Positions 39,501 to 48,280 of a stretch of DNA of 64,000 bases are shown here, in pieces. Position 1 is the first letter of the stretch. Every line of letters starts with the position of its first letter. The DNA is from an uncultured Candidatus Poseidoniales archaeon (GTDB taxonomy: Archaea; Thermoplasmatota; Poseidoniia; Poseidoniales; Thalassarchaeaceae): assembly GCA_963990035.1 (NCBI GenBank), contig CAXDMJ010000001.1, positions 10,622 through 74,621 on the forward strand, given 5' to 3'. A model generated the notes under the pieces. That model saw only the letters and a list, made by a program, of their open reading frames with translations. It made no database searches and was not told the origin of the DNA. The position numbers were made by a program, and so were the translations under genes.

Positions 39501-42500
39501 CATCAGGATAGATAATAACTTCAACAGTATTATTAGAATTGTCTACATTAGTCACATTGGTTCCAGAAATAAATTCATCTGAATCAACAGAAAATTGCCA
39601 ATTACCCTTTGGAAGAACCATGTCAAATAATCCACCTTCATTAGATTGGGCACGCCACTGGACATCATAATCAAGATTATCAGCAATTACTGTTACTGAT
39701 TCCCAACCACCAATATCTCCATTGAACAAATTATCAGCTCTATTGATACTAATAACACCAGTAATCGACTGTCCTGGACGAGCAACCATAGTCACCTCAT
39801 CCATACCTGGTTCTACGGTAAATTGAGTACCATTAACTAATGTTAATGAGATTCCTAATTGAGTAATTGCATCAACTGTAGAACCTTCTGGTAGAACTAG
39901 AGAAAATGACCCATTCAAAGAAGTTCGAACTGTTGTGCTGAAACCATCCCAATAGAAATCTATTGGGACATCTTCCAGTATTTTTTCTTCATCAATAGAA
40001 AGATCGGTTGAATTCTCATTATAATATAATGTTCCAGTGACTACTTGACTAGTCTGGAATTCGTATATTGCAGAGAAATCATCGATTCCTACTTCAATCT
40101 CTACCCATAATTGCTCAGTATCAGAAAGAGTATGACTCAATATCCAGACACCTGGGATAAGTTCAGCATAGTAATCATTTGTCATTGAGTTAAATTCAAC
40201 ATTAACCATTGAACCTGATCCATTCTTAAGACTTAATGTCAGATCTAAATCATTTACAGATGTATCACTACCATTTTCATCTCTAATCAATGAGAATGTT
40301 AAATCAGTAGTTAGAGGGATAACAGACGGGAATACAAATGAAGATTCTTCATTTGCATCAAATATGTGCTCGCTGTAAACTTCAGAGAAACCATCGTTAT
40401 CCATATCAATTTCTATAATATATGTACCAGGCATAATAGGTCCATAATCCAATTTAGAATCAAATAATTCCCCATCTTCCCATAAAAGATTAGGGGAAAT
40501 TAGACATGGAGCATATTTCACAACACTACAGTCATCAATTGCGTCAGAAGCTAAAGAATCATTAGTTCTAAGAATAATTGAAGCCATCAAAGGATTCCCT
40601 GATTGATCAGTTAACTCACCAGTTATCGAACCTCCATTAATATCTATTTCAGTAATCGAATTAATAGGTTGTTGAGGTATTGAATATCCATCATTGATTT
40701 CAACACGTGTTCCATCACTGAAAATTATCGCTACATCGTAAGAACCCGGTATTGCATCTACTATGTGGAATGTACCTGGTTGGACCATTGTTCCACTAAA
40801 TACACCCGCGCCAGTAAATGATCCTGTACCATTTATACTACCATAACTGCTCAATGTTGTGTCTGAAGTATCAGTAGAAAATACTCCCGAACCCAGTAGA
40901 GTTGCTTGAACAAGTTTCTGTGTGAAAGATGCTACTCCATCAGCAGTAAAACGACCTGTAGCGTTAACTATACCATTTAAGAGATATTTACCATCTGATT
41001 GTATACATAAACTAGAGTTTTCAGGCATTGTTTCATTGACATCACAATCCATTAATTCAGTGACATCATCATTTATAATACCATCAATAACCCCTTTACC
41101 AGCAAACTCACCATCACCATTTAAACTATGATTGTTGAATACTGTTTGTGTATAATTACCTGTGAAGTCAGTAATTTTAGCCGTTGTAGCTGTAATCACA
41201 TTACCTTCACCAGTGAATGTCACTTCTCCAGTACCTTCAAATCTTAGATTATCTCCTTCGATAGAACCATTGGATGTTGAGAGTAAATATGGATCTATGT
41301 TGATCAAATCCCATGAGGGGGATAATTCAACAGTTGCATCGTCTAAAGAATCGCCAGAGAATATTTCTGAACCCGCCCATACTAATCGACCAGTAGATGA
41401 TGCTGGCTCTACAGTAATTGGCACCGATATAACGGATTCTCCATTACTATGACCATCTGTTCCAGAAATATTAACAATAGTTTCAGATAACCAAGTAGAT
41501 CCTGAAACATTACCTAGAATCCCTGTGATTGGATTGAGATTCCTAACACCAGGTGAAACATCTTCGAAAAGGTCACCAAGAGATTGACCTACATTAGAAG
41601 TCATGATTAAAGTTCTTGCAGAATCTAAGTCCGAATCACCATAGAATGCAGAGACTCGAATTTTACCTGCAGGAGCAATGAAACTATATTCTCCATTTTC
41701 ATCAGCATCTGCGGTACCAATAGGAATCCAGTAGGTTCTCTGATCTCTATCAGTCACATGACCATCAATTTCTATCTCGTCACCACTAAATGCATCACGC
41801 TCGATGAGGATTTTTGCATTTGGAATAGGTCCTAAACCATCTAATTCAACAGTTCCTTCAATAGTAGCACCACTATAGTATTTCATTACCTTGACTTGAG
41901 TATTAGCACTTCCAATACCAAGATTAGAACAATCTTCGTCTAATTGAGTATCATTATCATCTGTTTCACAGTCTGGGCTATACCAATTAGATAAAACCAT
42001 ATGATTCATCATTGCACCAGGAAGAGGGTATGCATTCTCTAGGTATGAACCAGGAGCACCTGAAGTATAGAAATGAGGAGCAGGTTGTTCTGCATCACCT
42101 GGAAGACCCAAGGTTGAGGTTCCATATCCAACATAAATTCGTGCAACCATTGTTTCAAAGAATTCTGGCTGATGTTGATAATCAATATCCACCATTCTAA
42201 TCATCTCATTAACATCTGTTAATGCACCTGATTGTTGGCGTATTACATCATTAAGATACTCTGCTTCATATTCTGCAGAACTACGTGGAATTATAGGTCC
42301 ATCACCTCTCTGGGTTTCATAAATTGATGAGATATATGTTTCAGTATCTAATCCAGATAAGGAGGTAGGAGCATGGAAAATACCAGTAGTTTGTCCCTGG
42401 TGATAACTATAATCCTCATAGTAATTTCCACCAAGTGGGTATAGGCGATTATCTACAGCGAAATATCTAATTTCATTATTCCTTGAGACAGTATCTCCTA

Positions 42501-45500
42501 ATGGACCCTCATAATTCTGAACCTCATATACTAATTCCGTTGAAATATCGTGATATAAGTCATTAATACCATTTGAATCAAATATTTCTAACAGTAGTGC
42601 TCTACTTAATGCAAGTTTTGCATTAACACGATGGAGACCAGAAGATACATCCTCAAAATCATCAATTAAATCAGGAGTATACCTGTATCCTGCGATATCA
42701 TAGTATTGAATTACTAATTCACCATTAGAATCTCTATCTAATTCAGAAACTGAATTTCTTATAGAATTATATGCATCTTTTGCAGAATCAAAGTCAGCAT
42801 AGGTATCTAATTCTTCACCATCATCCAGAATAACCCATGTCTGGATATCGCTTGGGATACCATCTACATTAAGTTGATAACCAGTTAATAATTCATATTT
42901 TGAATCAGCTGCAACAACAGACATTGAACGACTTAGGACTAGATTTGAATCATCCTTTCCAAGTTCCATTATTGTATTAAATTCATTATATTGCTCCTCA
43001 GTCATATGACCATCAAGAAGTAAGTTTGTGAAAGCAGGAGTGAATTGACCAGAATTAGATCTTCTATCTCCCTGCGCTAATGTAGTAATGAATAATGAGA
43101 GTGTATCTTCTTGACTTGCTGACAATAACATTGCACCGCTATTTGGAATTCCAGACTGGAAGTTATCTGCAACAGTTGGATGCTCACCTTGAGCAAGGGC
43201 TTGGAAACCATAATCCCACCACGAAACAAAGGCAGGACGTTCAGAGAAACTAACATCAGAATCTTGTTCAGATAGCCACTCATATGCCATATTCCACGAA
43301 CCTGAGTTGAAACCTGGGCCAAAAGTACCCATATACCATAAATCACTATTTGCATCATAATTCTCACTATTCAATAAAGATAAACCAAGTATTTCTTGTC
43401 GGAAAACATCAGGAGTAATGTCATGAATAGTTTGATCAACATTAGAAGCAGATTGTTCCCCTCTTGGGATACCTGAGTCAATACCATAGGTCATATGCTG
43501 AGAACAAACTAACATTAGAACAAGTATAACCGCAGGAATTCCTGGATGCCTCTTAGATGCAGACCAGTTAGCCCAAAAACGTGACCTAGGAGTTGCAATA
43601 CCAGATTTCCTCCACTCTTTACTAAATCCAGAGAAATTAGCATAATTCCACATCATAGCAATTCCTATTCCACCTACTACTGAAATTGCAGGTGTCGCAT
43701 TAAATATGAATCGCCCAGCGGACCAAGCCATGTATATTGCAATAAGGACCCATAATCCAAGAAGAATATGACTTTGTTTTTCTTTACGTGCACCACGCCA
43801 TACTAACATCACAGAAACAATGATTGCTATCAAAGAAACTATAGGGCCGTATGATGCGAAAAGAACGCCTCTACTAGGTGCCTGTGCTTCACCAATAGTA
43901 CCGAATATTTTATTCTTGGAGAAATAAAATCCTCCTGTGAAGAGTGTATCCCAACCAGCGTAAAGACCCGCTTCCTGTAGTAGGTAAAGTGTAGCAAGGA
44001 TACCTGACATTAATACTACAGTACTTCCCAGTACCAATAACCAAGGCCTATCTCGATATGATGATGCAATCCAGCCCAATGCAAAGGTAAAGCCAATTAT
44101 GTAGAACATTGGTTGGAAACCACTTGCATCGAACAATAAATTAAGACCAGGCCAACAATAGAATGGCAATGGTATTACAAATGCAGTAAGCATCATCTGT
44201 AATGATGCTGCTGTAATAGGCAAACTATCTCTGCGCCTAAACATATTGAAGAATATTTGGAATGCAAATGCAATAAATAAGATGCCAGGTCCGTAAACAA
44301 ATCCTTTCCAACCCAGAGCAACAACAGCAAATGAAACTCCAGATAAAGTAGCATTAGACATCACCGTAGGATTCCTTAACCACATTTCTCTTATTCCTGC
44401 AACTATATACAATGGATTCAAACTTGGAGTGGTGAATAATCTCTTGTTAGTAATTTCATCCATAGCCTTAACCCAATAATAGAATGCAATTGCTAAGAAT
44501 AGCATAGCAAAAGCGTCGTGATCAGCAAGACCAAAGGTAGAGTGGCTGATATGACCAGGCATAAGGGCAATTAACCAAGCAGCAACTATACCTGCCATAT
44601 TACTATGTAACTTTCTAGCAAGTCCAGCGATAGGGAGGACAATTAATGCACCAAATACAGCGGGTAAAGATGCAACACTCCACCAAACAGATTCTTCCAT
44701 AGCCATACCAGATAACCATGAAAGAAGGATTCCTCCTAAGGCAAGAGACCAAGAGAAAAGAGGAGGACGCGGATTGATTGCTATCATAGGATAAGCTCTA
44801 TCTGAGTCTATAATTAGATGGCTTCTTTCAGCCACTACGTAATCTACAATTCTCTTCATATACCAAGGGTCTGAACCTCCTGACATATCCCAGAGACCAG
44901 TCCCAGCAGCATTCATAGCAGGGAGAATATTCCATCCAGTTCTAACTGCTAAAGCAATGAAAAGAGCGAAACCGACCATTATGCTATATGAATGTTGATT
45001 CCACCATTTGCGGAAATCAGAATGATCTCTGCGAGGAGATATATCGCCAAGACGTCCACGACCAGCGACCATCATGGCACCAACATTTAGCCAGAATACT
45101 AAGAAAAACCATGTCAGTATACCTGCAGTATCATTTCCATTGAGTGGTGAGAATGGTAAATCATTACCAATCTCTTGCAAGTGAGCTATAGTATAAATTA
45201 TCCAGTTTAACGCAACTACAATTCCAATTACATGCCATCTCTCTGAATTACAGAAAGATACGAATAGAATTACTATTGTTGCAAACATAGCCCAAACTGA
45301 GCCAAGATAATGGTGATTGTTGTAAGATTCAATATCTTCAAGAGAACCGAGCCAAAGTAATGGTATCAGATTAACAAGGAATACCATACCAGCAGTAATT
45401 AAGCCAGCATTAGGCATAATTGAGGGGATATCTTTGAACCAAGACCCAATACCAGGAGATACAAATCGGCCTCTCATTGCTAGTGTCACAAGAATACCCA

Positions 45501-46050
45501 AAGCGATTGAAGCAGCCCATGATGCAAAGAAAATTGATCCAATAGAACTTCTAACTACATCGATTAACTCATCAGGATTACCGCTCCAAGTTGTATCATC
45601 TAAAGTGTATCGGGTTGCGAAAGAAATTGCAAGATGAAAACCTATTACAACTGAAAGTAATATTGATGATTCTTCATTTCTTTTGTGAGATGCTAAAATT
45701 AGAGATGCTACAAACATAAACCCGAAAGTGAAACCTTGCAAAGGTAAAGCAAATCCTAATTCAACAATTAGCAATGAAAATACTATGACGAATATAGAAA
45801 TTATTGAATTACGAGATTTAGAATCAAGTGCTGATTCTCCATATGTGTTCAAAATCCTACCAAGAAACGCGGCAAAAGCTGCGATAACTGGCAGGATTAA
45901 GAGGTCTACATATCCGTTATTCTCTATTCCAGCATTCGCGACATAGTCAGTTCCTAAGAAGAGCACCATCAAAGTTGCTAGCACCGCAGGAACTGGTAGT
46001 AAATCTTCATTAGAAAATACACCAACAGTCGCATCATTATCATCGTTCAT
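36559..46050 (-). CDS. aglB: Giant (3163 aa) AglB/STT3-family oligosaccharyltransferase fusion: N-terminal extra polytopic module + STT3 core + ~2100-aa beta-sandwich array + C-terminal TM anchor
   Basis: STT3 hallmarks appear in the expected order: 'GGSDPWYMKRIVDY' (EL1 acidic motif, rc of ~44850-44880), 'IDSDRAYP', 'GLADHDAF', 'SWWDYGFQ' (rc of 43207-43221) and 'TVADNFQSG'. The C-terminus is 'IIAPILIVILVGIFAFLTKGRSRRPGAPF'. GGTGAT lies 5 nt upstream of the ATG. Confidence 0.8.
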   Translation of the reverse strand: MNDDNDATVGVFSNEDLLPVPAVLATLMVLFLGTDYVANAGIENNGYVDLLILPVIAAFAAFLGRILNTYGESALDSKSRNSIISIFVIVFSLLIVELGFALPLQGFTFGFMFVASLILASHKRNEESSILLSVVIGFHLAISFATRYTLDDTTWSGNPDELIDVVRSSIGSIFFASWAASIALGILVTLAMRGRFVSPGIGSWFKDIPSIMPNAGLITAGMVFLVNLIPLLWLGSLEDIESYNNHHYLGSVWAMFATIVILFVSFCNSERWHVIGIVVALNWIIYTIAHLQEIGNDLPFSPLNGNDTAGILTWFFLVFWLNVGAMMVAGRGRLGDISPRRDHSDFRKWWNQHSYSIMVGFALFIALAVRTGWNILPAMNAAGTGLWDMSGGSDPWYMKRIVDYVVAERSHLIIDSDRAYPMIAINPRPPLFSWSLALGGILLSWLSGMAMEESVWWSVASLPAVFGALIVLPIAGLARKLHSNMAGIVAAWLIALMPGHISHSTFGLADHDAFAMLFLAIAFYYWVKAMDEITNKRLFTTPSLNPLYIVAGIREMWLRNPTVMSNATLSGVSFAVVALGWKGFVYGPGILFIAFAFQIFFNMFRRRDSLPITAASLQMMLTAFVIPLPFYCWPGLNLLFDASGFQPMFYIIGFTFALGWIASSYRDRPWLLVLGSTVVLMSGILATLYLLQEAGLYAGWDTLFTGGFYFSKNKIFGTIGEAQAPSRGVLFASYGPIVSLIAIIVSVMLVWRGARKEKQSHILLGLWVLIAIYMAWSAGRFIFNATPAISVVGGIGIAMMWNYANFSGFSKEWRKSGIATPRSRFWANWSASKRHPGIPAVILVLMLVCSQHMTYGIDSGIPRGEQSASNVDQTIHDITPDVFRQEILGLSLLNSENYDANSDLWYMGTFGPGFNSGSWNMAYEWLSEQDSDVSFSERPAFVSWWDYGFQALAQGEHPTVADNFQSGIPNSGAMLLSASQEDTLSLFITTLAQGDRRSNSGQFTPAFTNLLLDGHMTEEQYNEFNTIMELGKDDSNLVLSRSMSVVAADSKYELLTGYQLNVDGIPSDIQTWVILDDGEELDTYADFDSAKDAYNSIRNSVSELDRDSNGELVIQYYDIAGYRYTPDLIDDFEDVSSGLHRVNAKLALSRALLLEIFDSNGINDLYHDISTELVYEVQNYEGPLGDTVSRNNEIRYFAVDNRLYPLGGNYYEDYSYHQGQTTGIFHAPTSLSGLDTETYISSIYETQRGDGPIIPRSSAEYEAEYLNDVIRQQSGALTDVNEMIRMVDIDYQHQPEFFETMVARIYVGYGTSTLGLPGDAEQPAPHFYTSGAPGSYLENAYPLPGAMMNHMVLSNWYSPDCETDDNDTQLDEDCSNLGIGSANTQVKVMKYYSGATIEGTVELDGLGPIPNAKILIERDAFSGDEIEIDGHVTDRDQRTYWIPIGTADADENGEYSFIAPAGKIRVSAFYGDSDLDSARTLIMTSNVGQSLGDLFEDVSPGVRNLNPITGILGNVSGSTWLSETIVNISGTDGHSNGESVISVPITVEPASSTGRLVWAGSEIFSGDSLDDATVELSPSWDLINIDPYLLSTSNGSIEGDNLRFEGTGEVTFTGEGNVITATTAKITDFTGNYTQTVFNNHSLNGDGEFAGKGVIDGIINDDVTELMDCDVNETMPENSSLCIQSDGKYLLNGIVNATGRFTADGVASFTQKLVQATLLGSGVFSTDTSDTTLSSYGSINGTGSFTGAGVFSGTMVQPGTFHIVDAIPGSYDVAIIFSDGTRVEINDGYSIPQQPINSITEIDINGGSITGELTDQSGNPLMASIILRTNDSLASDAIDDCSVVKYAPCLISPNLLWEDGELFDSKLDYGPIMPGTYIIEIDMDNDGFSEVYSEHIFDANEESSFVFPSVIPLTTDLTFSLIRDENGSDTSVNDLDLTLSLKNGSGSMVNVEFNSMTNDYYAELIPGVWILSHTLSDTEQLWVEIEVGIDDFSAIYEFQTSQVVTGTLYYNENSTDLSIDEEKILEDVPIDFYWDGFSTTVRTSLNGSFSLVLPEGSTVDAITQLGISLTLVNGTQFTVEPGMDEVTMVARPGQSITGVISINRADNLFNGDIGGWESVTVIADNLDYDVQWRAQSNEGGLFDMVLPKGNWQFSVDSDEFISGTNVTNVDNSNNTVEVIIYPDDSLLLVDFFLDHSGDNNLSNGTSVNYNFSLISMINGLDYQINIDDSEWNGTGHAEVSVEPGIYRISVDISDANSGETFGTRILTGDVNFQVGMESSTISRTIGFDPEWRVNMSFTNESGGVLSEQLVRLTNVENGWILSRTTDIDGNIIGFISEGDWIVTTDTMNNDIHEGLRELVSVSSENSATDLVLSTSELAEVSFTLSEDGSNDSLNGISLLLESAEGLGSFSIEATNSSGFTDISLVTGEWIVSLNYTENGNRWLVEEYPISIDISDDNHYDLIANLYVAISGTVYWDLNDNDASNVGEGISDVTMLFSNEILPDNTIESGNNGDWELFVPANTIWEINTSYDGFESIQQSISVSDVPNDVLLELTAGLIHVSGNISYDLGITSIPEGDVVLTIIPTEGIVRDTVTPLLFYGDEGWLGNWSAQLEPGLWIVSASVPSQDLVVMGLINVDVTDGGNLDMELTRGGILDVNTEWLDYDGVSRNLGEIVDGNIVIDIGFGMKWIQDVETDGSLNLLLPNGNVEFSSDFDVEQRGITMEYMAGRGTDVYSGQESPVLSLLYNRVSNHEIIIQTLNLTSGHESYIGSTNDVNLVVNETDGFVPVEFTLGVEYLGHESYDLYTVGGIVSGSDSTEWTLEFNNGSGWNTSTQFEVGLDNAQTFDDLNIRVTPANQSVAHAFDDGHMITILISTQDGYQDTHELTVRVPQLHGFELTNPMKEVYGVSPGELIIVPIEFTNAGNGDDKYEFEFDDSELPEGWSRTGPTSHTLGGFVSTTHSVTVVAPETSSNEEFSIYVTATDKAGNSYETIEINIRSSEPILKIEGAQALGGGEPEAGGQITYIATVSNTGLVEAKQVQLNATLCNDVSCNNPTSVSTVTTMDIGAESSMQFSFLFDLSDITVGPYYLVMDINSSIFGEDNINDDSWHVSDGIFIGSWNIDVRSPAANDDEGTDIIAPILIVILVGIFAFLTKGRSRRPGAPF
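43207..43221 (-). other. WWDYG catalytic motif of STT3/AglB
   Basis: The plus strand 'accataatcccacca' is the rc of TGG TGG GAT TAT GGT, encoding W944-W-D-Y-G of the 3163-aa ORF. Confidence 0.85.
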
Positions 46051-46055
46051 TATTC

Positions 46056-46061
46056 ATCACC
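46056..46061 (-). promoter_or_regulatory. Shine-Dalgarno-like GGTGAT upstream of the giant aglB ATG
   Basis: The rc of 46051-46063 reads ATGGTGATGAATA, followed by ATG at 46050. Confidence 0.35.
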
Positions 46062-46169
46062 ATATTGTCGAGCCTACAGGCCCAGAGTTTGCGCGAAAAT
46101 TGGGGATGTTATAACCGTTAGTGGGTTAACTATTTTGAGAGGGCAGCAAATTAACCTAAAATATTAGTC

Positions 46170-47438
46170 TCAAAGTCCCCTGTGAGCGATATCTGAGCGA
46201 TAATGTGAACCTGACAAATTTATATTCTCAATCACTTCATATGCTGCTTCTACTGCTGTTTTTAATTCGGGCGCTATTCCAGTTACTGAGAGCACTCTGC
46301 CCCCATTCGAAACTAGTTGACCGGAGGGAGAAATTAAAGTTCCCGCATGGTGGACAAATGCATGAATTTCTCCTTCCTCGATACTAATGTCCGCACCAAT
46401 AATTTCTCTTCCAGTTATTGATATACCCGGATATCCTTCTGATGCAAGAACTACCGTGGCAGAGGAATAAGGAAACGTAGTAAAATTGTATTCTGAAATT
46501 CTCCCTTCAGCACATGATAATAACAAATCACCGAGGTCACTTGAAATCAAAGGCAATGTCACTTGGGTTTCAGGATCACCAAAACGAACATTATATTCTA
46601 CAACATAAGGTGCACCATCCTCATTAATCATTAAACCGACATATAAACAACCTCGATAAGGTACTTTTTGATTCCTCAGATAATGATGCATAGGTTCAAT
46701 TATTTCTGAAATTGTCCTTTGTTGAACTGCAGGTGTGTATATCGGAGCAGGAGCATAAGCTCCCATTCCACCAGTATTTGGGCCATTATCACCATCAGAT
46801 AAACGCTTATGATCTTGACTAGCTGGAAGGCAAATATAACCTGATTCATCCATTACGACTAATACCGATGCCTCCTCACCTGAGAGAAATTCTTCAAGAA
46901 GAACAAGGTCATCTAATTCAATACCTTCTTTTATAGCATCAAATGCTTCAGAACGAACTGCTGTAACAATCACTCCTTTCCCCCCTGCTAAAACATCTCT
47001 CTTTACTACCCAAGGAGGTGAAAATGTATCTAATGCTTCATTAATTCGCTCTATATTTTCAATAATTATTAATCCTGCAGTTGGTATTTCTAGAGAATTC
47101 ATAATTTCTTTAGCATAAATTTTAGATCCTTCAAGCTTTGCTCCAATTGAGTTAGGACCAAAACAAGCAATTCCTTGTTGATTGAGTTTATCAGATAAAC
47201 CTGAAACAAGAGGACCCTCAGGTCCTACAACTACTAAGTCAATATCTAATTCTTTAGCAAGACAAATAATACCATCTATATCATTAATAGAAACGTTATG
47301 ATTAGTCCCTAAAATCGCTGTTCCAGCATTACCTGGAGAGATATGGATCTGATTTATTGAGTTACTTTTAGCAAGACTCAAGGTAAGAGCATGTTCTCTT
47401 CCGCCGCCTCCTACAATCAAGACATTGATGCCGACCAT
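46170..47438 (-). CDS. purD: Phosphoribosylamine--glycine ligase
   Basis: It has 'NVLIVGGGGREHAL', an ATP-grasp core and 'GGMGAYAPAP', and is 422 aa. Confidence 0.92.
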   Translation of the reverse strand: MVGINVLIVGGGGREHALTLSLAKSNSINQIHISPGNAGTAILGTNHNVSINDIDGIICLAKELDIDLVVVGPEGPLVSGLSDKLNQQGIACFGPNSIGAKLEGSKIYAKEIMNSLEIPTAGLIIIENIERINEALDTFSPPWVVKRDVLAGGKGVIVTAVRSEAFDAIKEGIELDDLVLLEEFLSGEEASVLVVMDESGYICLPASQDHKRLSDGDNGPNTGGMGAYAPAPIYTPAVQQRTISEIIEPMHHYLRNQKVPYRGCLYVGLMINEDGAPYVVEYNVRFGDPETQVTLPLISSDLGDLLLSCAEGRISEYNFTTFPYSSATVVLASEGYPGISITGREIIGADISIEEGEIHAFVHHAGTLISPSGQLVSNGGRVLSVTGIAPELKTAVEAAYEVIENINLSGSHYRSDIAHRGL

Positions 47439-47496
47439 GTACTAGCCGATGTAATCAAGGAATTAATAAATTCGAATGTAGAGTTTGAATTAAAAA

Positions 47497-48186
47497 CTAA
47501 TATGGGACCTCTTTTAGGCCAAGCCTATACCCGATTATATTGAATAAACGATGAATTACCGGAGTCACTATTAAAAGAAATAATATCTCTTCAAAAAGAT
47601 TGGGATGAGTGATTATTTGTCCATTAAATAATGTAAATGAAGTAATGAAAATTGCGATTGCAAATGGCATTGTATCTAATAATGGAGCCTCAGAACTTTC
47701 ATCGCCTTCTCTCTTCAATCCTCGTCTTCTTTTTATGAAAGAACCAAACATATCACCAATCATACAAGCGAAACCGAGGATAAAACCCATAGTAAAAGCA
47801 GCTATCAAACCGCTTCCGTCGCCTTCAAATAACCAAAACCAATCATTAGAATTAGCGTAAAGTAATGGGTCTACGAGTGGCGCATTAGAACCATTAGAAT
47901 TCCATAATTTATGTGCTAACATGAAAAGAATACCACTGACAATACCTCCTCCAATTAATCCATTCCAAGATTTACCATCACCTAATAATCTATGACCATC
48001 GGAATAATTACGCCCCCCATCTATTACTAATACTGTCATCCCTGTTTTTGCAGGAATCCATTTACCGAATAACATTGCACCAGTATTAGCTAGATATGCA
48101 GATCCATACATCAATAACACACATAATACATTTACAAAAAACGTCACTGGACCATCAGCAATGAAAGGTTCTGGAAAGGTATCCAT
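47497..48186 (-). CDS. carS: CDP-archaeol synthase (DUF46 family)
   Basis: 'VIDGGRNYSDGHRLLGDGKSWNGLIGG' and 'GDMFGSFIKRRRGLKREG...PLLDTMPF' match the CarS motifs (D-G..DG.R..G..K(T/S)w.G; GD..(S)F.KRR). It is a polytopic membrane protein. Confidence 0.7.
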   Translation of the reverse strand: MDTFPEPFIADGPVTFFVNVLCVLLMYGSAYLANTGAMLFGKWIPAKTGMTVLVIDGGRNYSDGHRLLGDGKSWNGLIGGGIVSGILFMLAHKLWNSNGSNAPLVDPLLYANSNDWFWLFEGDGSGLIAAFTMGFILGFACMIGDMFGSFIKRRRGLKREGDESSEAPLLDTMPFAIAIFITSFTLFNGQIITHPNLFEEILFLLIVTPVIHRLFNIIGYRLGLKEVPY

Positions 48187-48280
48187 GAGTCGCCGAAAAG
48201 ACTCCTAAACATGAAACCATGCATTCTAACACCAGTGGGGAGCCAAATAATTCATTTCCTATTACCGTCCCGGCAAGTAC

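Noticed and set aside
39005-45946. Multiple short plus-strand ORFs, and one out-of-frame minus ORF (43077-43367), lie inside the 3163-aa aglB ORF.
   Set aside because: All are nested in a continuous ORF bearing ordered STT3 motifs. There is no independent support for any of them.
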